NCBI GenBank assembly: GCA_963804165.1
Contig: CAWDPO010000004.1
Span: 32,001 to 96,000, forward strand
DNA: 64,000 nt
Source: an uncultured delta proteobacterium
GTDB taxonomy: Bacteria; Desulfobacterota; Binatia; UBA9968
Direction: 5' to 3'
The notes below the pieces were generated by a model. The model saw only the letters and a list, made by a program, of their open reading frames with translations. It searched no databases and had not been told where the DNA came from. Shown here piece after piece: positions 19,742 to 31,009 of the stretch. Numbering within the stretch: position 1 is the first letter of the stretch; the number at the start of each line of letters is the position of its first letter. A program made the translations under genes and the position numbers.

Positions 19742-20356
19742 TTGTTTAACTTTGTTCCGCATAAAGAAAAGTTTTTCGATCTTTTCAAAGAGTCGGCGCA
19801 AAACGCGCTCGCCGGCGCCCAGGCCCTCAAGGAAATGCTCGATCATTATGACCACCCCCAGGAGTCATGGAAAAAGTTGAAGGACCTCGAACACGAGGGC
19901 GACCGGATCACTCACCGTACCATCCGCAGCTTGAACCAAACTTTTTTGACTCCTATCGATGCCGAAGACATCCACGCCCTCACCACTGCGCTCGACAACG
20001 TCATGGACGCCATCGAGGCGGCCGCGGCGCGCATGGTCCTGTTTAGAATCGAGAGCCCGACCCCAGAAGCCAAGGAGCTATGCGAGACCATCGTGACATC
20101 CACCGAGCAGCTAGTGAAGGCCGTGTCGCATATGCCGCGCCTGGATGACATCGACGAGTACTGCATCGAGATCAATCGTCTCGAAAACACCGCCGACGAT
20201 ATCTACCGTAAGGCCATCAGCTGTTTGTTTGAAAACGGCACTTCGCCGATGGACGTGATCAAGTGGTTGGATATCTACGAGATACTGGAATCGGCCACCG
20301 ACCGGTGCGAGGATGTCGCCAACATCCTTGAAACCATCGGCTTGAAAAACTCCTGA
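19742..20356 (+). CDS. DUF47 PhoU-like Pit accessory protein
   Basis: LEHEGDRI, FLTPIDAEDI, LESATDRCEDVAN; precedes pit. Confidence 0.92.
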   Translation: MFNFVPHKEKFFDLFKESAQNALAGAQALKEMLDHYDHPQESWKKLKDLEHEGDRITHRTIRSLNQTFLTPIDAEDIHALTTALDNVMDAIEAAAARMVLFRIESPTPEAKELCETIVTSTEQLVKAVSHMPRLDDIDEYCIEINRLENTADDIYRKAISCLFENGTSPMDVIKWLDIYEILESATDRCEDVANILETIGLKNS

Positions 20357-20373
20357 CCTTCACCTTCGTCTTC

Positions 20374-21372
20374 ATGCTCGACGGCAACCTTCTCCTCTAC
20401 TGCGTTTTCGCGCTTATCCTGGCCGCCGAGTTCGTCAACGGTTGGACCGATTCGCCGAATGCCATCGCGACGGTGGTCTCGACTCGCGTCTTATCGCCGT
20501 ATCAGGCGGTGATTATGGCGACCGTGCTCAACGCCATCGGCGCAATGTCGGGCACCGCTGTTGCCGCAACCATCGGCAAAGATATCGTGCGACCGGATGT
20601 CATCAATCTGACTACTGTAGCCGCGGCGATGATCGGAATTATCTTTTGGAGCACACTGGCATGGTATTGGGGTTTGCCCACGAGCGAGAGTCATGCCCTG
20701 ATCGCGGGCCTCACCGGCGCCGGCTTGGCTACCGCCGGCCCGGAAAGTTTACTCTGGACCGGTTGGAGCAAAGTACTGATCGGTCTCGTGTTTTCCACTT
20801 TCTTGGGTTTCTTCGGTGGTTTGTTTTTGATGGCGCTGCTTTACCGAATGCTAGCCAACAGCAGGCCAGGAACGGTGCGCCGGGTTTTCGGCCGTCTACA
20901 GATTCTGTCCGCCGCCTTCATGGCATTTAGCCATGGCTCCAATGACGGACAAAAATTTATCGGCGTGTTCACTCTGTCGCTTCTATTAGGCGGAATTTTG
21001 CCCAGCTTCCAGGTCCCGATGTGGGTCATTCTTCTGTGCGCCTTGACTATGGGACTCGGCACGGCGGTCGGCGGTTGGCGCATCGTAAAAACCATGGGGC
21101 TCCGACTCACGAAACTCGAACCCGTTCACGGCTTCGCGGCCGAAACCGCAGCCGCCTTGACCATCGAGCTCGCGACACGATTGGGCATCCCCCTGAGTAC
21201 CACCCACACGATTAACACCGCCATTGTCGGCGTGGGCGCCACGAGACGGTTTTCCGCGGTTCGTTGGGGAGTGACGCTTGAAATAGTAACCGCGTGGATT
21301 CTCACCTTTCCGGTGTGCGGTTTGATCGGTTGGGGGGCAGCAAAGATTCTTTTGATGCTGACTTCTGCTTAG
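20374..21372 (+). CDS. pit: Inorganic phosphate transporter (PiT family)
   Basis: NGWTDSPNAIAT, PTSESHAL, HGSNDGQK, PLSTTH. Confidence 0.93.
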   Translation: MLDGNLLLYCVFALILAAEFVNGWTDSPNAIATVVSTRVLSPYQAVIMATVLNAIGAMSGTAVAATIGKDIVRPDVINLTTVAAAMIGIIFWSTLAWYWGLPTSESHALIAGLTGAGLATAGPESLLWTGWSKVLIGLVFSTFLGFFGGLFLMALLYRMLANSRPGTVRRVFGRLQILSAAFMAFSHGSNDGQKFIGVFTLSLLLGGILPSFQVPMWVILLCALTMGLGTAVGGWRIVKTMGLRLTKLEPVHGFAAETAAALTIELATRLGIPLSTTHTINTAIVGVGATRRFSAVRWGVTLEIVTAWILTFPVCGLIGWGAAKILLMLTSA

Positions 21373-21412
21373 CTCCCATCGCCGGCCTGAAGGGAAAGAG
21401 CAGTTTATCTAA

Positions 21413-22033
21413 TTAAATCTCCCGCCTGCCTTCCAGTGCTTTCCCTAGTGTGACGGCATCCGTATACTCAAGATCTCCCCCCATCGGCAGGCCGCGGGCG
21501 ATCCGCGTGACCGACACCCCCATCGGCTTAATCACCTTCGAAAGGTAAAGCGCCGTGGCTTCGCCGTCCATGGTCGGATTGGTCGCCACAATAACCTCTC
21601 GGACAGCGCCGTCGCGCAAGCGTTCCAGCAATTCTTTTATGCGTAACGCGTCCGGCCCCACGCCATCCAGCGGCGAAATCGTTCCGTGCAATACATGATA
21701 GCTGCCGCGAAACTCTTGTGACTTCTCCACGGCGATCAAATCCGCCGGTTCTTCCACGACACAAATCTTGTCTAGTTCGCGTTTCGGATTGCGGCAGACT
21801 TCACACAGCGCGCCATCCTCATTTCGCCCATTCACTTCGCTAAAGCCGAAACAACGTTGACATAAGCCCATTTCCTGGCGCAGTTTACCGATACTCTCGG
21901 CAAGACGCAAAATTTCATCCCGATTGGACTTCAACATGTGAAAGGCCAAGCGTGCCGCGGTTTTTTCTCCAATGCCGGGAAGCTTAGACAATTCCTGGAC
22001 CAGACGAGCAAGCGGAGCGGGATACAAACTCAT
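21413..22033 (-). CDS. recR: Recombination mediator RecR
   Basis: LPGIGEKTAARL, C4 zinc finger, TOPRIM ATNPTMDGEATA. Confidence 0.97.
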   Translation of the reverse strand: MSLYPAPLARLVQELSKLPGIGEKTAARLAFHMLKSNRDEILRLAESIGKLRQEMGLCQRCFGFSEVNGRNEDGALCEVCRNPKRELDKICVVEEPADLIAVEKSQEFRGSYHVLHGTISPLDGVGPDALRIKELLERLRDGAVREVIVATNPTMDGEATALYLSKVIKPMGVSVTRIARGLPMGGDLEYTDAVTLGKALEGRREI

Positions 22034-22353
22034 GGCATCAGTCCTGGAATTTTCAATCCTCCGGTGATTTTGCTCATTTCCGCCGACACTAGATCGCGTG
22101 CCTTGCGCACGCCATCGTTAGTCGCCGCGAGGATCAAGTCTTCCAACATCTCCTTTTCTTCGGCGTTCACCACGGACGTTTCGATCTTGACCGCTGTAAC
22201 ATTGAATTGCCCGTTTACGGTAACCCGAACCATCCCGCCGCCAGCCGAGCCTTCGACAGTTTTATTCGCCAGCTCTTCTTGTATTTTCGCCATCCGCGCC
22301 TGCATGTCCTGAGCCTGCTTTAAGAGATTGCCCATCGCGCCTATGTTCGCCAT
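22030..22353 (-). CDS. ybaB: YbaB/EbfC nucleoid-associated protein
   Basis: KQAQDMQ, GSAGGGMV, EMLEDLI; between dnaX and recR. Confidence 0.95.
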   Translation of the reverse strand: MANIGAMGNLLKQAQDMQARMAKIQEELANKTVEGSAGGGMVRVTVNGQFNVTAVKIETSVVNAEEKEMLEDLILAATNDGVRKARDLVSAEMSKITGGLKIPGLMP

Positions 22354-22401
22354 CGCATTTCTCCTCGCGTTCTTAGGCCTTTTTTTGCGAAACCAACACC
22401 T

Positions 22402-24102
22402 TTAACCGTTTTCCCGTCGCACGTTGCGAACCGAACCGCCAAAAATACGTAATGCCTCTTTGACCATCGGACTTCGTTCTTCGCCTGCATTCACGGGAGT
22501 AACGGAACCCACCACGGTAGGCTTCGCGCTGTCCTCCGCAATGAGATTGACGATCTGCAAATCAATGTCGTGTTGAAAAAATCTCTTGGTCAGATCTTTG
22601 AGCGTTGTGAGATTATCGCCGTCCTGCCAGAACGCGAGATGGTATCGCTCTCCTATGCCGATTCTTAATGGACCGGGTGGCAATCCCAGCGCAGTTGCAG
22701 ATTCGAGATACGGCGAGAAAGGCTTCTTCTCTTTTCCGACAAAGGCAACAAACCCTTGCCAAGTAGTGATCGAATCACCGCCGGGAGCGGCTTGGGTCTT
22801 TGGCCGCGGCGGCTGAGCGGCAGGAATCGGCGCCAGCGGTCGGTGCTCGGGCGCGCGAACCGGCGCAGAGCCAAGTTTCGTTTCTCCGACAAACTTAAGT
22901 TCCAACCGTTCCAAGCGTTCGACCCATTCCGTAACCGGTAAAGTTTTAGGTAGGCCCGCCATCCGCACCAAGACGCTCTCTAGCGTGAAACGCGGCGTCG
23001 CCGAACGCGTAATCTCTTCTTCGCCGGCAGCGATGAAATCAAAATAATCGACTAATGTGTCAACCGGTAGTGCGCGAGACTGCTCGATCAGGTCTGAGAC
23101 CTCTTGGTCTGGAAGATCGAGAAGGTCGCCGCCGCCGGCCAGATTTGAGGTCGCCGCTGCTGATTCTTTTACGCTGTCGGCGCCGGTTAGCCGCGCGATG
23201 AGAAGATTTCTAAAATGTTCCACGAGATCGCGTGCAAGTCGACCCGTGTCGCAACCGAGGTTGACCAGTTGGGCGACGAGTTCGACGCACCGCCTCGCGT
23301 CGGCTTGAAGCACCGCGGCGGAAATCTCGTAAAGGACTCGCCGCTGCGCAAGACCGAGGATTTCCTGTAGTGAAATTTCGTCGACGCGTGGGCGCGTACG
23401 CCCGTCCTGCGGAGGTTCAGCAAAGGCGAGAACCTGCTCCAGCAGCGATTGCGCGTCACGCATGCTGCCGTCCGCTTCCCGCGCGAGCAGGACCAGCGCT
23501 CCTTCGGTGATATCAAGACCTTCGCTTTTTGCGATCAAGCCGAGCCGCTGGACAATTTCCCGCAGACGGATACGCCGAAAATCGTAACGTTGGCAGCGCG
23601 AAAGAATCGTCGGCGGCAGACGGTGAGGTTCGGTGGTCGCCAGGATAAATTTGACGGAGGGCGGCGGTTCTTCGAGCGTCTTCAACAACGCGTTAAATGC
23701 GTCTTTCGTGACCTGATGAACCTCATCGATGATATAAATCTTGAACCGGCAGTTTGCCGGCTGATAGCGGACATTTTCAATGATCTGGCGAATTTCATCG
23801 ATACCGCGATTCGACGCCCCATCGATTTCAAGCACGTCGAGCGAGCTGCCCTGTGCGATCTCCTGACAATGTGTGCACCGGTCGCACGGAGTCGCCGTCG
23901 GTCCTTCTTCGCAGTTCAATGCTTTGGCGAGAATCCGCGCCGCGGTTGTCTTACCGACGCCGCGAACTCCGGTAAACAGAAAGGCATGAGCGATTCGATT
24001 TGCGCGGATAGCGTTCTGCAGCGTGCGGGTGATAGGCTCCTGCCCGGCAATATCCGCAAAGGTTTGCGGACGCCATTTCCGTGCAATCACCAGATAGGAC
24101 AT
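22402..24102 (-). CDS. dnaX: DNA polymerase III gamma/tau
   Basis: MSYLVIARKWRP, GVRGVGKTT, EIDGASN, IIDEVH, SRC. Confidence 0.97.
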   Translation of the reverse strand: MSYLVIARKWRPQTFADIAGQEPITRTLQNAIRANRIAHAFLFTGVRGVGKTTAARILAKALNCEEGPTATPCDRCTHCQEIAQGSSLDVLEIDGASNRGIDEIRQIIENVRYQPANCRFKIYIIDEVHQVTKDAFNALLKTLEEPPPSVKFILATTEPHRLPPTILSRCQRYDFRRIRLREIVQRLGLIAKSEGLDITEGALVLLAREADGSMRDAQSLLEQVLAFAEPPQDGRTRPRVDEISLQEILGLAQRRVLYEISAAVLQADARRCVELVAQLVNLGCDTGRLARDLVEHFRNLLIARLTGADSVKESAAATSNLAGGGDLLDLPDQEVSDLIEQSRALPVDTLVDYFDFIAAGEEEITRSATPRFTLESVLVRMAGLPKTLPVTEWVERLERLELKFVGETKLGSAPVRAPEHRPLAPIPAAQPPRPKTQAAPGGDSITTWQGFVAFVGKEKKPFSPYLESATALGLPPGPLRIGIGERYHLAFWQDGDNLTTLKDLTKRFFQHDIDLQIVNLIAEDSAKPTVVGSVTPVNAGEERSPMVKEALRIFGGSVRNVRRENG

Positions 24103-24152
24103 AAGCTGAAGCCGAACGGTTACGCGACCGAAGACAATTATTCTTCCCGGTT

Positions 24153-24308
<156 letters not shown>

Positions 24309-24388
24309 GCACTGAGCATGAGGACCAGCGTCGACTCGCGGATCCTCGGATTCGCCGGCCGGCATGTGCTCAGTACCGAGTGCTTCCT

Positions 24389-24483
<95 letters not shown>

Positions 24484-24535
24484 CACGTGGGAAATCAATC
24501 ACTTGTGCGCCCTGCCCTGCGTCTCTCAAGTGTCA

Positions 24536-24727
24536 ATGTCTCCAAAATGTCTCCACGGCGCGATTCTCGGTACTTTTCGCTGCTGTTTCGTCAACCTAAC
24601 ACAACAAATTATCAGGGGCAAAGATGAAATGCGAAGTTTTGCACGTTACACGATTGGGACTCCTGTAATGAAAAAAAACTCTCGCTCTTTGCCGTACTTA
24701 CTAACCTATGTCTCCACGATGTTTCCA
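24536..24727 (+). repeat. Two pairs of ATGT(C/T)TCCA direct repeats (integrase arm-site-like)
   Basis: Copies at 24536, 24547, 24708 and 24719; 11-bp spacing within each pair. Confidence 0.6.
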
Positions 24728-24738
24728 AACAAATTGTA

Positions 24739-25251
24739 ATGGAAACTGAGCAAGCGCAGCCAAAAAAGCCGGGTAGAAATGGAATAGTTGTTCCGCCTGC
24801 ACCGAAAGGCAACCGCTACGCCGAAAAGCACGGCCTGCACACGATGAAGCAGGCAGTAACCGCGCTTGGAAGCCGGTCCATTGATGGCCGATCCAGCCTA
24901 AGCTACGCGCTCAAAAAATGGCGGCGGGAATTGATCGAGGATTCAGGCGGCGCTGATAACATCAGCACACAGCAAAGCGCGCTTGTCGACCTTGCCGTCA
25001 AGTCCAAACTTCTCTTGGATAGCATCGATGCATGGTTGCTCACGCAGCCAAGCCTTGTGAATGCCCGCAAGCGCTCACTTCTGCCGGTCGTGCTCCAACG
25101 CCAGACCCTTGCCGATGGATTAGCGCGCTATCTGGCAATGCTCGGCCTTCAACGCCGTGTCAAAACAACATCGCTTGCAGACCTACTAAACCGACCAGAG
25201 ATAACCAATGGGAGCAACGGCACTACCGATCATGAAATCGTGCGTCAGTGA
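24739..25251 (+). CDS. Terminase-small-subunit-like protein
   Basis: APKGNRYAEKHGL motif typical of TerS N-termini; upstream of TerL-like sequence. Confidence 0.55.
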   Translation: METEQAQPKKPGRNGIVVPPAPKGNRYAEKHGLHTMKQAVTALGSRSIDGRSSLSYALKKWRRELIEDSGGADNISTQQSALVDLAVKSKLLLDSIDAWLLTQPSLVNARKRSLLPVVLQRQTLADGLARYLAMLGLQRRVKTTSLADLLNRPEITNGSNGTTDHEIVRQ

Positions 25252-25631
25252 GCCGTTAACGGCGGAAGGGCACGGCTTTAAACCGTGTGACAATCCATTC
25301 TGCAAGACGCCGACAGAAGCGAAGAGTGGCAAGAGGTTCTGCTCCGATCGCTGCCGGATGGATGGCTATGCTTTGAGACGCGTCAACGCGCTGCTCGATC
25401 GAGTGGGCGTTATCGAGTTTCACCGGATTTTGGATTTACTGTAGGAAGGCGGCGAGCAGTAGCATGAGAAAAGCGGCAGTCAACAGTCCAACGCCCCCAA
25501 CCCAGAGCAGTGCGGTTCGCGGCGACTGTCGCAGTAACTTAGCGGTCTTTTCGATAGTCGAGCAATACACTAGTGGGAGGCGAAGTCCGACGGTTTTCAT
25601 CAGTAACTGCATAATCGCTTCGCCCTCCTCG

Positions 25632-25820
25632 TCACCGCTCGTTGAGGCCTTGAAGCCATTTGGTGAGTTCGCTTTCACGGACACGCCAACGGGCGCCCAC
25701 CTTGAAGGCGCGCAGTTCCTTGCCTCGGATCAAGCGCTGCACCGTTCGCGTAGATACCTGGAGCAACGCAGCGGTCTCCCGGATAGTCAGCAAACGAACC
25801 GGCTCAAGATCGTTTTTCAT
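25632..25820 (-). CDS. Excisionase-family HTH protein
   Basis: LLTIRETAALLQVSTRTVQRLIR...KVGARWRV. Confidence 0.8.
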   Translation of the reverse strand: MKNDLEPVRLLTIRETAALLQVSTRTVQRLIRGKELRAFKVGARWRVRESELTKWLQGLNER

Positions 25821-25969
25821 AGGCGGCCCGAAATACCCCCAATTGAGGAGCAATGGCAATGCCATGACGCTTCTAAGGTGTACGTGTCTGTTTCTTGGCA
25901 AAAGCAGCCGTGTTGCGTGCAGCCTGGCGGTACAAAAACCGATCACACGCTGCTAGGTGAGGTAACTCC

Positions 25970-27201
25970 GTGAACATAGTTTCTCCAATCACCTTCATTG
26001 ACAGAGTCGTTAAGAAAAACGAGCTGGGCGAACCGTTCGCGTTGACCGACGAGCAGCGGGAAATCTTGAGGCTTGCCTTTGCCTTCGATAGTGACGGCCG
26101 GTTCAGTGGGACACGATCATCTACAGCTGCATCAAGAAGAGCGGCAAGACCACGCTGAACGGCGCGTTAACGCTTGCCTGGGGATTCACACAAGAGGCGC
26201 CGAATGAAATCCTGATACTCGCCAACGACCTTGAGCAAACCCTCGCGCGTGTGTTCAAGACCATGGAAGGCATCATCAAGCACAACCCCGAGCTGCAGCG
26301 GGAAGCCGAGGTGCAGAGCAAGACTATATTTCTTGCCAACGGAACCACAGCAACGGCGATCAGCGGTGACTATGCCGGCGCCGCGGGCTCTAACCATGGA
26401 CTTGTGAGCTATGACGAGCTTTGGGGCTATACGAGCGAGTCGAGCATCCGGCTTTGGGAAGAGTTGACGCCCGTGCCTACCCGGCGTAATTCGATCCGGC
26501 TGGTTACCACCTATGCCGGCTTTGAAGGCGAATCGGCTTTGCTTTGGGACCTGTACTCGCAGCATGTTCCAACGGAAGCGATCGAGCCTTTTCGCGGACC
26601 CGTCTACATCGGCCAAACGTTTGAAGTGCCGGCAACCGTCATTGCTCAAAGTAATGGCGGCGCGATTACGGTCCTTGCGGCATTCGCGAACGAGCAGATG
26701 AGCTTACGGCGCTACGTTGAGACAATCGTAAAACCGTTTCTTGTGACCAATTGCCCATGGGTATTCAACGATCGCCGGCTACTCTTCGGTGTCGTTGAGG
26801 AATTGGAAACTCAATCACAATGCGACTTCGCCGGGATGCTTAACAGCAGCCTCGGCGGCAGTTGGGATCCGGCTAACTACCCGTGGGAAACTCGGCGGGA
26901 CTCCATGCTTGACGTCTTCGGCAAGGTGCAGCCCTACACCATGAAGCCTGCGCTGCAAATCGATAGAAGCAATGCGCGTTTACTCGTAGAAGCTTTAAGC
27001 GGGCGATGGTCCTACGAAGATGAAAGACGCGACAAGCGAACCTTATGGTCGTACGTGGCGCGCGCATTTAGTCTTTGCATCGACCGAATCGACCCGGGCA
27101 AGCCGCCACTAGGGCCGCCACTCACGATCAACACACACTTTGAAGTGCGCCGAATACAACACGGGGGAAATTCATGGAATCCAAGACAAATGATTTTATA
27201 G
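25970..27201 (+). pseudogene. Terminase large subunit, frameshifted near 26100 and apparently chimeric
   Basis: LTDEQ Q-motif, Walker A KKSGKT, Walker B VSYDE, TTYAG coupling motif; abrupt switch near 26555 to a degenerate nuclease-like region. Confidence 0.7.
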
Positions 27202-27276
27202 AAACCGTATTTTCGCAGCTCAAAGGTCAGTGAGAGAGGGCCGGGGCTTATCCTTTCACCCGGCTCTCTCGTCGTT

Positions 27277-27492
27277 TTATCTGCGTGGCTTTTTCTTGAT
27301 GAGTGCCATCTTTCCGCGGCGTTTATGAACGTCGGCTTCCTTAGTTGCCATTTCCGTGGCAATCACAGCAAGCGATTGAGCGATCGGCAGAACCTTGACC
27401 GCAGCTTCCAGGTTATTCTCTTTGATCATCCACTCGGCGCATTTGTTCAATTCTCCGCTTAAAGTTAGCAGGCGAGATATAAAGTTGTTCAT
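27277..27492 (-). CDS. Hypothetical protein
   Basis: RBS AAGGGAG, 71-aa ORF. Confidence 0.45.
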   Translation of the reverse strand: MNNFISRLLTLSGELNKCAEWMIKENNLEAAVKVLPIAQSLAVIATEMATKEADVHKRRGKMALIKKKPRR

Positions 27493-27574
27493 TGTGTTCT
27501 CCCTTGGCGCGAATGCTATTTGAGTTCATCCGCGCGTGTCAAATATGTCTTCACGCCCGCGGGTGGGTCGTCGC

Positions 27575-27856
27575 ATGGAAGAAAAAGCCCTTTGGCTTGG
27601 CGTTCTGATTCAGGCAACCGCGGATATCGCCGGCAGCAATCAGGGGCCATCGCGTAACGCCCGCGCGTGGTTTGAATCGATGTCAACGGACAGCGGCAGC
27701 TACCGCTCGGTGTGCGCCACACTCGGGTTAGATCCGCGATATTACCGGAGCCGTGTGCTTAAGATCGCAGAGACCAACCCGAGGCAGCTGATTTGGTTGC
27801 GCAGGCATGCCGGGAACGTCACGCTCGCGGGTGCGTCGTTGCGTGCACCGTCTTAA
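27575..27856 (+). CDS. Phage-type hypothetical protein
   Basis: [13 protein letters not shown]...ARAWF...[13 protein letters not shown] pattern common in phage proteins. Confidence 0.55.
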   Translation: MEEKALWLGVLIQATADIAGSNQGPSRNARAWFESMSTDSGSYRSVCATLGLDPRYYRSRVLKIAETNPRQLIWLRRHAGNVTLAGASLRAPS

Positions 27857-28182
27857 CCTTCTTCAGTGCCACATGAGTATAAATCTCAGTCGTGATGATC
27901 GACGCATGGCCTAGTAGCTTTTGAATCACCCGAATATCGGCGCCGTTTTCCAGCATGTGCGATTTTTACATGGGCGTAGACGGTGTTACTCCCCAGCCCT
28001 TCGGCTTTTAAGTGCTGCTCGAAGTCCTGCTCAATCGTTGTCAGCTGGCGTTTGTGTCTGCCCATGACGGTCACTTTTTGACCAATTCTAATGGTGCCTG
28101 ATCAAAGCGCTGTGGTTTTTTGTTCATGACTCTTTGAATTGCTCGTGTTGCTTGGTCGGTGGCGCGGTTTCTCTCGGGTTCA

Positions 28183-28640
28183 TCCATTTTCGATTTTCCT
28201 CCTCCCCTTGTGACTTGTATGTTGTAGTCCTTGTGGACTCCCGCTGACAACTTTCAAACGTTCCCCGTGTTTAGAGCCCTCTGGACTCAAAAGCCGGAAG
28301 TAGCAGACTATATGGGTGAGCATAGAGAAGAATTTGTGGCTTGTTTGGCAGATTTTTTTGCTGGGCCTTGTTATAGGCCTTAGCCTCTTTATCCTCGCCT
28401 GGTTCATAAACTGGATCTTCAAGACCATTCTTCCAAAGCCATTCCGCGCGCCAGTATTGTTAGTCACCGGTGTCAGCTTCCTAATCATCGGTCTCTTGGG
28501 CCTGACCTCGGTTTTGGATAAAACTTCTATCGTTCAAGTTGTCCGCAGAGTTTTGACGTGGAGCCCTTTCAGTTAAAACCGCCGGGAGCCAGCCACTTGG
28601 CCAGCATCTCGGGCGCAACCCATTCCCCTCTAAGTCTCCG
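28183..28640 (+). repeat. 458-bp direct repeat, copy 1 (copy 2 at 42085-42542)
   Basis: Alignment by eye at offset 13902; two substitutions seen. Confidence 0.95.
28316..28576 (+). CDS. Small two-TM membrane protein (copy 1)
   Basis: 86 aa, two hydrophobic helices; identical protein at 42218-42478. Confidence 0.6.
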   Translation: MSIEKNLWLVWQIFLLGLVIGLSLFILAWFINWIFKTILPKPFRAPVLLVTGVSFLIIGLLGLTSVLDKTSIVQVVRRVLTWSPFS

Positions 28641-28901
28641 TGATTCGCCAGCGCTTCCTTAGGCCAACCCAAGGTCCAGCGGCGTACCTGTTCGCAGCTG
28701 TCGATATTCTTCGGCCGATCATCGCCAAACTGACGCAAAGTACGGGGCACAGGGAGAACTTTTTTCATGCCCGCTGGGTGCATTGTTGAATTTCAAAGAA
28801 AAGAAAACGGGGCCGACCTTGCGGTGCAGCCCCGTTGCTTTGTGTCTTTGGTTGGCGCCAGCCTTCAATGCCCGGCGTTATACCCCGCAAATTTCGGCTG
28901 G

Positions 28902-29111
28902 CTAGGGTTTGATACGCTGCATGCACTCCTGAAAATCCAATGGTTCGCTCTTTTGTAAATTTTTCCCTTCGTCGTAAGCCCATTTCCAGCAGATGTCCCA
29001 AGCCTCTTTTCGTTTTGCGTAATCGTAGTATTGGCGCCAGATGTACGTGACGCAAACCAAAGACACGAGAATCAAAGTCAAAAGCTGGACCGCTTTTAGG
29101 AACTTATCCAT
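28902..29111 (-). CDS. Small single-TM hypothetical protein
   Basis: MDKFLKAVQLLTLILVSLVCVTYIW..., two Cys in the soluble part. Confidence 0.5.
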   Translation of the reverse strand: MDKFLKAVQLLTLILVSLVCVTYIWRQYYDYAKRKEAWDICWKWAYDEGKNLQKSEPLDFQECMQRIKP

Positions 29112-29286
29112 TTTAACGCCTTCCTGCTCTCCGATGGGTTTAATCGGGTGCGGTGCGTTGGACTTTGTTGTAGCTGAATTCACGGTCGACCTCACCTTGT
29201 CTAGTACCATAGTTCGCGCCTTTACTGGCCGGTGTCTCTGCTACAACAGAGCCCGGCCGATTTATTTCGGATCTACGCTATCTCAA

Positions 29287-29463
29287 TCATTTTTGTCTTT
29301 TAGGCTTCAACCCTCGCAACGCCATTATCGCAATGTGCGGGACTTTTCTCTGTTTGTTCTCCCAACGAGAGATGGTTCGTACCGTTGTTTTGAGAAGGCG
29401 AGCAATCTCACTTTGCGAATAACCAAGGCTCTCGCGAAGCCGTCTAAATTCTTGGGCACTCAT
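29287..29463 (-). CDS. XRE-family HTH regulator
   Basis: FRRLRESLGYSQSEIARLL...TISRWEN; TTGACT-N18-TATAGC promoter upstream. Confidence 0.8.
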   Translation of the reverse strand: MSAQEFRRLRESLGYSQSEIARLLKTTVRTISRWENKQRKVPHIAIMALRGLKPKRQK

Positions 29464-29598
29464 TAAGTAGTTGCTATAGACCATTGGTCGGGGTAGAGTC
29501 AAACCGAAAAACAGGAATACGGAGGCAGACCCAGAGCCCATCTAAGATTCGACAACCATCAGCACAAGGAATAAACGGGCAGCGGATTTCACCGAGAC

Positions 29599-30276
29599 AT
29601 GACAAAAGCGATTGCTCTTTTTCTTATTGTAGTCTGCGGCTGTGCCCCTTTGAGCCCACGCGCCTCGTTTGAGGAAAGGCGAATACAAAGAAACGAAGAA
29701 TTTGAAAGGGAAGCCAGAACAAGTCCTGCCATTGTTGCGGCCTGGCACCTTAAGGAGAATTTGAAAAAGGACTATCGAGAACTTGTCGGGCCTTCGGAGG
29801 CATACGACGAAAAGATGGATCTGGAATTTTCCAATGCAAGTAACGAAGCCATGCTTACGACTCCGGGCCGATACGAAAGAATGGCTGAATCCTGGGCCAA
29901 GACAAGACCCGACCCTGTTCCGACGCGCCATCAAATCCGTCAAGGGATTAAAGTTCTGGATGGGCGAATCAAAAAACTCGATGTAGTGATAGCAAAGGAA
30001 ATGGAATTGGCTGAAGAGAACGCAAAAGAGGACGGAGAACAGAGAAAAAAAATAGTCCAGGTGATTGCCGGAATCGCATTGCTCTCCCTTGCAGTTGCGG
30101 CCGGCGTGGCGGCAGGATCCGCAGCTAGTCAGCCCTCGTACAATTCAACCTCGATAGGACCTTATGTGATCACGCGTACTGGTCCTACGACCACAACAGT
30201 CCTCACTCCGAGCCATAGAATGTACACATGCACAACTAGCGGGACTGACCGAGTCTCAGTCGTGAGCTGTTTCTAA
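29599..30276 (+). CDS. Putative lipoprotein, hypothetical
   Basis: Lipobox-like VCGC after a hydrophobic stretch; extra TM near the C-terminus. Confidence 0.55.
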   Translation: MTKAIALFLIVVCGCAPLSPRASFEERRIQRNEEFEREARTSPAIVAAWHLKENLKKDYRELVGPSEAYDEKMDLEFSNASNEAMLTTPGRYERMAESWAKTRPDPVPTRHQIRQGIKVLDGRIKKLDVVIAKEMELAEENAKEDGEQRKKIVQVIAGIALLSLAVAAGVAAGSAASQPSYNSTSIGPYVITRTGPTTTTVLTPSHRMYTCTTSGTDRVSVVSCF

Positions 30277-30943
30277 CTACCCGGTCTTACGCCGCAGTTT
30301 CTTTGCTATCTTTACCCTTCGCCCATACTTCCTTCTCATTTTCTGTTCATATTTTGCTCGATTTTTCTCACGCTCGCGATTCCTGAATGCGATTGTGGCA
30401 GATCTTTTCGCACAGTCCGTTGAGCAATAATGAAATCTAACATCCTTTCGCGGCGCCTTCTTGGACAGATAAAGACGTTTGCATTCAGGTCGGTCGCAAA
30501 GTCGGATCTGTTCCGGCGAAACACTCAAGTTGCAGCAATCGAAAAGACGTAAAACGGCTCGATCTACTACACCTGCAGCGGCGGTTGTCTCACGTACAAT
30601 GTAGCTGGCTGTATATCACAGAAGCGATTCTCAAGCTTGTCTGTTTATGCGCGGCGATCTCTAAGAGTATCTCTTTGAAGCGCTGCTGGATCTCCCCAAT
30701 CACCTCTGGTGTGAGCTCTTGCTTTAACCGAGATTCCGCGGCTTCTGCAAGGTTCTTTGAGAATGCAGACGCGGAATCGCCGCCGCGCGAGTTTACATTG
30801 TGTCGACCGAACAGGAATTCGACCAGTCCATCCCTTAGATTGAGCCAATCGCCTTCCCTCGAAGCATCCAAGTTGATGAGACATAGATAAATCGCGAACT
30901 CTAGGTGTTTGATATTCTCCCACTGCCAATCTTTCAATTTCAT
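30277..30943 (-). pseudogene. CGNR-type zinc-finger protein, split by a frameshift near 30590
   Basis: C-terminal IRLCDRPECKRLYL...YCSTDC; adjacent same-strand N-terminal ORF 30590-30943. Confidence 0.55.
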
Positions 30944-31009
30944 ATCTAACCCCCAATATAGCGCAGTATTAGCAGGGTAATTAATCTTTGGCAGGGTTTT
31001 ACAAATCGG

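Noticed and set aside
28180-28488. 102-aa minus-strand ORF in the duplicated cassette (and 42073-42390)
   Set aside because: It is antisense to the hydrophobic ORF, has no RBS or motif, and its end differs between copies
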